IMG/VR virus record: IMGVR_UViG_3300032253_000248
Coordinates: 1 to 43,935 of that record
DNA: 43,935 nt
Strand: one strand, 5' to 3'
Source: a virus
Taxonomy: Duplodnaviria; Caudoviricetes
The number at the start of each line of letters is the position of its first letter. Position 1 is the first letter of the stretch. The notes beneath the pieces were generated by a model. The model did no database searches. It was given only the letters and a program-made list of their open reading frames with translations, and was not told the DNA's origin. This document shows positions 36,665 to 43,935 of the stretch, piece by piece. The translations under genes were made by a program, and so were the position numbers.

Positions 36665-36673
36665 AGGACACAC

Positions 36674-37177
36674 TTGAATAACGTACAAATATTAGGAACT
36701 ATCACACGAGATATTGAATTGAAATATACTCAATCGAGTACAGCAATCGCTAGTTTTGGAATCGCATACAACGATAGATGGAAAGACCAGCAAGGACAAC
36801 AGCAAGATAAGGCACACTTCTTTGATGTTACAGCATTTGGAAAAACTGCTGAAAATCTAAATCAATATTTCAGAAAAGGCAGTCGCATCTTAATTAGTGG
36901 TTCACTAAATTTTGAGAGTTGGCAAGACCAGCAAGGGAACAATAGGAGTAAAGTCACAATTAAACTTGAAAGATTTGATTTTATTGACAAAAAAGATGAT
37001 AACCAAGGTCAGCAACAAAATCAGAATAACCAACAACAGCAGTACAATCAACCACCAATGCAACAAAATCAAAATAACGGTGGACAGCAACAATACAACC
37101 AGCAACAGCAGAATCAGCAACAACAACACAACAACCAAAACAACAGCAATAGGTACAACCAAAACACACACCAATAA
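36674..37177 (+). CDS. ssb: Single-stranded DNA-binding protein (C-terminus apparently frameshifted; alternative end 37259)
   Basis: NNVQILGTITRDIELKYT OB-fold; Q/N-rich linker. Confidence 0.92.
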   Translation: MNNVQILGTITRDIELKYTQSSTAIASFGIAYNDRWKDQQGQQQDKAHFFDVTAFGKTAENLNQYFRKGSRILISGSLNFESWQDQQGNNRSKVTIKLERFDFIDKKDDNQGQQQNQNNQQQQYNQPPMQQNQNNGGQQQYNQQQQNQQQQHNNQNNSNRYNQNTHQ

Positions 37178-37255
37178 CGGTGGTACGCCAAGCAAAAATG
37201 TACAAGATGTTCCCACAGTATTCTTAGATGCTGAGGGGAATGAAATAAGTCAACC

Positions 37256-37351
37256 ATGACCGAATACTCAATACTAATCGCATTAATCTACTTTGCGATT
37301 ATCAGCAAACCAATTTACATAAGTATGAAACGAATTATTAGGAGGATTTGA
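37256..37351 (+). CDS. 31-aa hydrophobic peptide
   Basis: MTEYSILIALIYFAIISKPIYISMKRIIRRI; ATGA and TGATG overlaps at both ends. Confidence 0.45.
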   Translation: MTEYSILIALIYFAIISKPIYISMKRIIRRI

Positions 37352-38337
37352 TGATAGCACCTATGAAAAATAGCAAATTATATAGACAAGACAATATTAA
37401 AGAGATGCTGAACTGGTCACTTGATAAAAAAATATCTCATGCCCTTAAGAGGATTAAAGAGTTTCACACTACGCAGAATGGCAAAGTATATATTTCTTTT
37501 AGTGGCGGAAAAGACAGCACGGTCTTACAACACTTAGTTAGATCTATCTACCCAAGCACTGTTTCAGTATTTAGTAATACAACCAACGAATTTGTTGAGA
37601 TACTTGACTTCGTAAAACACACAGACAATGTAATTACAGTTTATCCAAAACTATCATTTAATGAAACAGTTACAAAGTATGGTTTCCCATTAGTCAGTAA
37701 AAGAACAGCAAGAGCGATAACTGATTTAAGAGAGAACAAACAAACCACTTCAAATGTAAGAAATTTATACTTGACAGGTTTAAATAGAAAGGGTGAGCAT
37801 TGTCCTAGCTATAAACTTGCTAAAAAATGGTATCCACTCTTTGAAAAAGCAACTTTTAATATCACAAATAAATGCTGTGATGTACTAAAAAAAGAGCCTT
37901 TGGTTGAATATGAAGAGATGACAGGGCTCAAAGGATTTGTTGGTACACAAGTAGGTGAGAGTAATCAAAGAAAGAGTAATTGGCTTGATTATGGTTGCAA
38001 TATATTTGATGCTAAAAGACCAACAAGTAGACCTTTAAGTATATGGACTGAACAAGATATTTGGGATTACATACATAGGTTTAGCATTCCATATTGTGAG
38101 ATTTATGATGATGTGGTTGATAAAAATACTGGTGAAGTTTTGATTGAGGGTGAAAAAAGAACAGGCTGTGCCTATTGTGCATTTGGTGCGCATCTTGAAA
38201 AAAGTAATTTAACACATAAAAATAGATTTGAAAGATTAAAACTAAGAAAACCTAAGCAGTTTAAAAAAATAATGAGTCTAAAAAATAATGGTGTTACATT
38301 CTCAGAAGCTCTATCTTTTATAAAGGTTAATCATTGA
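37348..38337 (+). CDS. PAPS-reductase family (PP-loop, Fe-S) protein
   Basis: SFSGGKDS, CCDVLKKEP, PLSIWTEQDIW and RTGCAYC motifs. Confidence 0.9.
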   Translation: MMIAPMKNSKLYRQDNIKEMLNWSLDKKISHALKRIKEFHTTQNGKVYISFSGGKDSTVLQHLVRSIYPSTVSVFSNTTNEFVEILDFVKHTDNVITVYPKLSFNETVTKYGFPLVSKRTARAITDLRENKQTTSNVRNLYLTGLNRKGEHCPSYKLAKKWYPLFEKATFNITNKCCDVLKKEPLVEYEEMTGLKGFVGTQVGESNQRKSNWLDYGCNIFDAKRPTSRPLSIWTEQDIWDYIHRFSIPYCEIYDDVVDKNTGEVLIEGEKRTGCAYCAFGAHLEKSNLTHKNRFERLKLRKPKQFKKIMSLKNNGVTFSEALSFIKVNH

Positions 38338-38468
38338 TGTCAAAACTTGAAACAGACGAACAACTACTTGCATTCAAAAAATGCACTGAATTTATGTTGT
38401 TCTATGGGAGAGAGCCTGAGTCGATTGAAGAGTTGAAAGAGTTTATGTATTTGGATGAGGGAGAATAG
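38337..38468 (+). CDS. 43-aa hypothetical protein
   Basis: TGATG coupling; AAGG RBS. Confidence 0.5.
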   Translation: MSKLETDEQLLAFKKCTEFMLFYGREPESIEELKEFMYLDEGE

Positions 38469-38470
38469 AG

Positions 38471-39103
38471 ATGAGTGAGCAAATGTATTATGTACAAGAT
38501 AGTAGAAGCTATGTAGGAAATTCTCCTTTGTGGTGGGCTTTAGGCGGTGGTGGCTATACATGTGACATAGATAAAGCAGAACTACACACGTATGATGAAG
38601 CTATGGCACTATTTGAGTCACGAAATACAGACATTCCTTGGAAGAAAGAAGACGTACAACAAGCTGTTAAAAGTCTTGTTGATAGTCAATATCTTAAAAA
38701 AAGTGATGAAGACGGTTTTTATTCAATCTTAGAAAAAAGAAAAAAAGAAAAACGTGATGAAGCTAAAAAAGAACATGAAGAATATCTTTTAAAGTCATAC
38801 AAAGATGAAGAGCTATTCGCCATTATGGATTATGTTAGCTTTGACAGTATAAAAAACAGAACTGATTTTCGCAATGCTTTTGATGAAGCGACAATGAACC
38901 CTGATTTTGAGTTTCACGAACATTATTATCCTACTGCATACAACAAAGATAGGGATGAAGTTTTTGACGACCTTGTTAAATATGACTTTATTTTTAAATG
39001 TGCTGATTGTGAAAAATACTTTACTGTAACAAATAAGAGTGATAATTATCAAGATTTATGCGATGGTTGTGGCTGGGAGAAATGGGAAAAAGAAAATCCT
39101 TAA
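38471..39103 (+). CDS. Phage protein with C-terminal Zn ribbon
   Basis: QDSRSYVGN..LWW...GYT.D motif; CADC...CDGC. Confidence 0.7.
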   Translation: MSEQMYYVQDSRSYVGNSPLWWALGGGGYTCDIDKAELHTYDEAMALFESRNTDIPWKKEDVQQAVKSLVDSQYLKKSDEDGFYSILEKRKKEKRDEAKKEHEEYLLKSYKDEELFAIMDYVSFDSIKNRTDFRNAFDEATMNPDFEFHEHYYPTAYNKDRDEVFDDLVKYDFIFKCADCEKYFTVTNKSDNYQDLCDGCGWEKWEKENP

Positions 39104-39159
39104 TACAAGTATTTTAATTGATAAATTACACCCCAATAATTACACAGAGGAGAGACAAA

Positions 39160-39768
39160 ATGCATAAAGTTCACCTTGTAAATCCTACATATGAAACTTG
39201 GAATCCACCTTGCGGAACAGCTAACCTAGCATCAACAACTAATATTCCAAGTGAAGTAACTTGTAAAAAATGCAAAAGATTAATCCCAAGTGACAAGCCT
39301 TTGAAAATGTATTGTGTATCTGTATATGATGAACAAAAATACATTGAAGCATCAAACGCATCAAAAGCAAACTATCAAGCTTTTAAAGAGTTTTATTACA
39401 ATAACGATATGTGTGAAAGTATCGGCGAACAATTTAGCTGGTTTAAAAGCAGATTAGAAAGCACAAGAGTATGCAAAGATAAAAACGTACAAAAAACTTT
39501 AACTCACGCAGAAAAAGATGCAATCGAAGAACAAAAAGCAATTGACGAATGCGAAGAATGGAACAAAAAATATCCAATTGGTACACAAGTTTGGTTTCAA
39601 AAAGATGGAGCTGAAAAACCTATCTTAACTAAAACAAGGTCAGAGGCGCAAAGCAGAGGTACATATATGGTTTTATGGACTGAGGCAGACGGTTCAAGCT
39701 ACCGTCTTGACCCACGATGGATATTGCCTTACGTTGGTAATGAAAACATAAAGGTTTTAAGAAATTAA
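39160..39768 (+). CDS. Phage hypothetical protein (N-terminal H/C Zn site)
   Basis: GAGGAG RBS; KVH...CG...VTCKKC; WNKKYPIGT.V...TRSEA. Confidence 0.65.
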   Translation: MHKVHLVNPTYETWNPPCGTANLASTTNIPSEVTCKKCKRLIPSDKPLKMYCVSVYDEQKYIEASNASKANYQAFKEFYYNNDMCESIGEQFSWFKSRLESTRVCKDKNVQKTLTHAEKDAIEEQKAIDECEEWNKKYPIGTQVWFQKDGAEKPILTKTRSEAQSRGTYMVLWTEADGSSYRLDPRWILPYVGNENIKVLRN

Positions 39769-39806
39769 AGATGAAATTTTCGTCAACGAAAAAAGGGAAC
39801 ATAGCA

Positions 39807-40151
39807 ATGAGCAAACAAATAGAACAACTTGAACAAGTTCTAAAAAGTTTAAAAGAACTTCTAAAGGCGGAAAAAGATGTTGCAAAAAAAAATGATAATT
39901 CTGCAAATATGGATATTGACAATACCACTGCATCAAGAAGAGCAAAGGCAAGAGATAATTTAACGTCAGCTTGTCAATATAGAGACAAAATTAGAGATAA
40001 CTTGCACGCAGACTTAGTGGATGCTGACTTAACGGACTTAAGAGAAGTAGAGTTTTATAGAGGAAGAGTTATTACTGTTTCTTGTGGTCACGGACACACT
40101 AATGAGCTTAAATATATCCCAAAAACACCAAAGAGACTAGCGAATGAATAA
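39807..40151 (+). CDS. Hypothetical protein
   Basis: AAGGGA RBS before ATG 39807. Confidence 0.6.
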   Translation: MSKQIEQLEQVLKSLKELLKAEKDVAKKNDNSANMDIDNTTASRRAKARDNLTSACQYRDKIRDNLHADLVDADLTDLREVEFYRGRVITVSCGHGHTNELKYIPKTPKRLANE

Positions 40152-40418
40152 AAGCTTACTGAAAAACAAGCAAAAATAATAATATCTAGTGTAACTGGGT
40201 ATTTTGAGTAAGCCTCTTGATTGAATGGGCTAATCCATTGGAGCAGATTTAGGTCTGTTCTTATGGGAGAGTCGTGACTCCCTAGTGTTTTTTTAGAGTT
40301 GTTTTATCGGACTTTGGCTCGACATTAAAGGTGTACTTTATAGTATATACTATGATTTATACGATAAAATTCTAAAAATCTATAGGATAAAAAATATTAT
40401 AATACAAAATTTAAAGGA

Positions 40419-40946
40419 ATGATTATGGCAACTGCTAAAAGTAAAATATTCACTTACAATAAAAGGCAAAAGATAATCCTTGAAGTAGTAAAAGATATTG
40501 AAAATGGTCAAGTCCTATATGGTATTGATGATGGCCTTTATAAACGTGAAATAGAAAGCCATTTTATGCTTAGTGAAGAGGGAATACGTAGCGTAATTAA
40601 ATCTATATATCCAAATATTGAAAATGCAATTATTAATGGAATTCCACTCAAAAAGAAAGACATAAGTGAACTTGCGTACAAACTAACTTTTAACTGGGTC
40701 AGTGAAGAAAAAGATTTTGAGCAAAATATCGTAAAATCAACATCTTATATATTGAATATCTCTTATAAAAAACTTGGAGAAATAATAGGCGTTAAAAGTG
40801 ATAGCTTAAGAAATATAGCTTCTAAAGAAGAAGTTAGCGAACAAGTTACTAAATCTATCGAACTTTACAAAAAGACTCTAAGACTAGAAGAAGAAATAGA
40901 AAAGCATAATTCAATAAAACAAACAATCAAAGACTGGCTCAACTAA
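40419..40946 (+). CDS. Regulator with C-terminal XRE-like HTH
   Basis: ISYKKLGEIIGVKSDSLRNIAS; AAGGA RBS; TATAAT at 40397. Confidence 0.65.
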   Translation: MIMATAKSKIFTYNKRQKIILEVVKDIENGQVLYGIDDGLYKREIESHFMLSEEGIRSVIKSIYPNIENAIINGIPLKKKDISELAYKLTFNWVSEEKDFEQNIVKSTSYILNISYKKLGEIIGVKSDSLRNIASKEEVSEQVTKSIELYKKTLRLEEEIEKHNSIKQTIKDWLN

Positions 40947-41577
40947 AGTATAATTACTTTAAATGCAATAAATATATATAATTATAACTTAAATAGTAAT
41001 ATATAGTTGCATTTATAATATAATTACTTGACACTATCTTGGAAACAAGCTACAATTCAAATATAATTTTTACTATGAAAATAATTTTAATTTACTAAAA
41101 TAGTATTTTTTTACTATTTTTGCAATAAAATAGGAATTTTAGTCCAAAAACACCCCCCCCTGTTTTAAATTATTTTAATTATGTAAAATTTGAGTGTTTT
41201 TATAGAATCTCATTTTTATGGACAAAAGAGCATCATTTTTCTAATAACATTTCAGATGTCATAAAAATGTATAGATATACATACAACTTAATGATTTTTT
41301 TATAGATAGTATTACGATTATTTAATAAAAATATAATATGAAAGATATTTAATATGAGAATTAGTAAATTATTTAAATTGTTAAGAAATTGATAAATTTG
41401 TATGATTTTATTACCAAGTTGTCTTTTTGAGGCTGTATAATATTACATATAAATGAAAATTAAAAACTGAATTTTTAGATGTAGTAACTCCATCAGATAC
41501 AGAATTAACGAGGGTTAAAATACTCGACCACCAAAAGACGGATACACCTATTTTAAAATTCTAAAGAAAGGGTATAT

Positions 41578-42279
41578 ATGGAACTTGTAGAGATTAGAGA
41601 CAATCATGTTTTTACAGATAGCTTGGGTATTGCTGAACATTTTGACAAAAGACATTCTGATGTTATCAGGTCAGTAGAAAAGCTTCCTAAAGATGAATTC
41701 AACCAACGCAATTTTGCGCTCGTTAAATATGTCGATGCAAAAGGTGAAAGTCGTCCAATGTATCGAATGACGAGGGATGGATTTAGTTTAATAGCTATGG
41801 GCTTTACAGGTAAAAAAGCCTACCAATGGAAACTTAATTATCTTAAAGCATTCAATAGAATGGAGACGATAATTATTGAGAGGCAATCTTCTGAATGGAT
41901 GCTTACTCGTTCACACGGGAAGATGGTTAGGCGCAAAGAGACAGATTCAATTCAATTGTTTATACAATTAGCAATCAGTCAAGGAAGTTCTAATTTTAAG
42001 ATGTATTATAAACATTTTACTGGATTAGTACATAGTACAGTTGGTATTAAAGATGGTGAAAGAGATTTAATAACACCTCAAACATTAATGCTAATTGGAA
42101 CAATTGAGGCAAAAATATCTGAGCTGATACATAACTTAGTGAGACAAGAATTGTATTACAAAGATATTTATAAAGAGGTTAAAAAACAAGTTGAGTTATT
42201 GGCAAACTTCTTGCCATTAGAGAGTAATGTTTATTTACCAACTCCGCAAGTTAAACCACAATTAGAGGCATCAGCATGA
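41578..42279 (+). CDS. rha: Rha family regulatory protein
   Basis: DSLGIAEHFDKRHSDV and MTRDGFSLIAMGFTGKKA motifs. Confidence 0.92.
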   Translation: MELVEIRDNHVFTDSLGIAEHFDKRHSDVIRSVEKLPKDEFNQRNFALVKYVDAKGESRPMYRMTRDGFSLIAMGFTGKKAYQWKLNYLKAFNRMETIIIERQSSEWMLTRSHGKMVRRKETDSIQLFIQLAISQGSSNFKMYYKHFTGLVHSTVGIKDGERDLITPQTLMLIGTIEAKISELIHNLVRQELYYKDIYKEVKKQVELLANFLPLESNVYLPTPQVKPQLEASA

Positions 42280-42461
42280 TGCTCTCTGAACTAAACCTAG
42301 AAGATATAACCCAAAAGCTACAAGGGACAATGTGTCTACTCGATGCACTCAGAGTAAGTGAGTCACAAGGCGACCATTTATACCAAGCAGATGCTTTTCA
42401 GCTCTTATCATCGACACTATTTGAAGTGATAACAGAAGTCAGAGCAGTCGTATACAAATAA
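42276..42461 (+). CDS. Hypothetical protein
   Basis: ATGA overlap with rha; GAGG RBS. Confidence 0.6.
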   Translation: MMLSELNLEDITQKLQGTMCLLDALRVSESQGDHLYQADAFQLLSSTLFEVITEVRAVVYK

Positions 42462-42487
42462 CACCTCGATAAAAAACACTACACAAT

Positions 42488-42504
42488 GGGCGGTCACCCC
42501 GCCC
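42488..42504 (+). terminator. GC hairpin after the rha operon
   Basis: GGGCGG-TCACC-CCGCCC; weak U tract. Confidence 0.4.
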
Positions 42505-42542
42505 TACTTCATATAAAAAAATATCATCAATAAGGAGTCCCT

Positions 42543-42773
42543 ATGCGGTTTGTAAAGACCAGTACCCTTTTGCAAGAAATTGAAATAGACGAAGATTTTT
42601 TATACCAAGAAAGAGGCAAACTCTTTATTGCTGGTATCCATTTTGCCATTCCAAAGGGCAAAAAATATGCTCTATGGAACTTAGAAGAAATGTTTAAATG
42701 GGCTGGTACTCATGCTCCAACTACCGATGAAGAACTAGCAAATGATGTAGTTCAAAGTATGCTCGCAAGTTAG
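42543..42773 (+). CDS. Excisionase-like protein
   Basis: GIHF...YALWN...W winged-helix pattern; directly upstream of the integrase. Confidence 0.6.
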   Translation: MRFVKTSTLLQEIEIDEDFLYQERGKLFIAGIHFAIPKGKKYALWNLEEMFKWAGTHAPTTDEELANDVVQSMLAS

Positions 42774-42798
42774 ACTCTCCAAATTTAAAGGTATAATT

Positions 42799-43935
42799 AT
42801 GACCGTTGCAAAATCAACTGACCAAAAAGGAAACAATTTGGTCAGTATATTTACAAGAGGAAATAGGCTTTATTGTCAGTTTACAATTAACAGTAAAGTG
42901 AGGCAAAGAAGTACAAAGTTAGACGATACACCAGCCAATAGACGGCTTGTCAAGCAAAGCATAATACCTAAGCTTGAGGTTAAAATAATAAGTGGTGAAT
43001 TTGACGAAGTTGAAAACAAACCTGAAAAGTTTGAACTTTATGCTGACAAATATCTATCTATACAAGAGAGTTTAAAATCTTATAGAGAGTGGCATAATAT
43101 TGTGGTCAACCAGTTAAACCCTGTCTTTGGTAAAAAAGATATTGATAAAATCAAGCGTGCTGACGTAAAGAAGTTTATTGATAATAGGTTAAAAGTAGTA
43201 TCACCTAAAAGAGCTAGGACTCTTTTAAATGTTATTGTTGCAATAATAAATATCGCTATTGATTACGAAGATATTATATCGAATGTAGCGTTAAATATAA
43301 AGTTACCACAACATAAACAGGAAGAGTTTGAACCTTTTAGCACTAAGGAGATTGAGCAAATCATTTCAACTGCTGATGGATGGTTTAAAAACTATGTAGC
43401 TTTCTCTTTTTATACTGGTGCTAGAGTTGGTGAATTGCTAGCTCTAAAATGGAGTGATGTCGACCTTGAAAAAGGAGTCATAAGTATTGAAAGACGTATT
43501 AAAAAAGGCGAGATAAATACACCTAAAACTAAAAGTGGAATAAGACAAGTGCCAATCTTTTCACCGTTAGTCCCATTTGTAAAATCTCAGCTTAAAATAT
43601 CAAGAGAGAATAAGAGTATTTGGGTTTTTCAAAATCCTTATACTAAGAAGATATTTTATGATAGCAAGAAAATAGTTCCTCATTGGAGAGAGCTATTAAA
43701 AAAGTGTGATATTGAATTTAAAATACCTTACACTACGAGGCATACGTTTATAACTAATATGTTAAATGGTGGACAGTTTAGTATTTTAGATATTGCACAA
43801 ATAGTTGGACATACAAATAGCGAGATGATAGTCAGAAATTATGCTAGATACATAAAAGGTGAACACCTAAAAGTAGGTAGAAACTACGACCCTTTTACTG
43901 ACAATTCCACTGACAGTATGTCGCAAAGCACCTAG
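42799..43935 (+). CDS. int: Tyrosine integrase
   Basis: TGARVGE (R), PKT (K), YTTRHTF, VGH and NY catalytic motifs; N-terminal arm-binding domain. Confidence 0.96.
   Translation: MTVAKSTDQKGNNLVSIFTRGNRLYCQFTINSKVRQRSTKLDDTPANRRLVKQSIIPKLEVKIISGEFDEVENKPEKFELYADKYLSIQESLKSYREWHNIVVNQLNPVFGKKDIDKIKRADVKKFIDNRLKVVSPKRARTLLNVIVAIINIAIDYEDIISNVALNIKLPQHKQEEFEPFSTKEIEQIISTADGWFKNYVAFSFYTGARVGELLALKWSDVDLEKGVISIERRIKKGEINTPKTKSGIRQVPIFSPLVPFVKSQLKISRENKSIWVFQNPYTKKIFYDSKKIVPHWRELLKKCDIEFKIPYTTRHTFITNMLNGGQFSILDIAQIVGHTNSEMIVRNYARYIKGEHLKVGRNYDPFTDNSTDSMSQST

Larger units (their letters stand above)
1..43935. mobile_element. Temperate lambda-like siphovirus / prophage, near complete
   Basis: Lysis, tail, head, terminase, replication, cro/cI switch, recombination and integrase modules in canonical lambdoid order; no host housekeeping genes. 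Confidence 0.96.

Noticed and set aside
1-43935. Stop-codon reassignment
   Set aside because: Core genes are intact and tightly packed under code 11

Overview
The window is an essentially complete, AT-rich temperate siphovirus or prophage of about 44 kb with lambda-like packaging genes. The host is probably in Campylobacterota, an inference from AAGGA RBSs, -10-only promoters and protein style. Minus strand: lysis cassette, two paralogous Asp-box tail proteins, tape measure, G/GT chaperones, tail tube, neck genes, DUF2190 decoration protein, S49 protease-capsid fusion, portal, gpW, GpA/Nu1 terminase, Mor-like activator, RusA, replication initiator with iterons, CII and Cro. Plus strand: CI, a HipA-like kinase and DUF3037 pair, then the PL early operon (Sak, SSB, PAPS-reductase family), Rha, Xis-like gene and integrase. 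Most notable: (1) a four-gene kinase/DUF3037 plus HEPN-like/acidic-partner cassette coupled to cI and enclosed by OR and OL operators, in the position of lambda rexAB; (2) a lambda-like cos site displaced downstream of terL, next to an accessory island with an LPD29 gene and an unannotated type I toxin-like peptide; (3) one ~59-aa module inserted in both the head decoration protein and the tail tube; (4) an SSB apparently frameshifted at an (AC)n repeat. All family calls are from motif recognition by eye; no searches were run.
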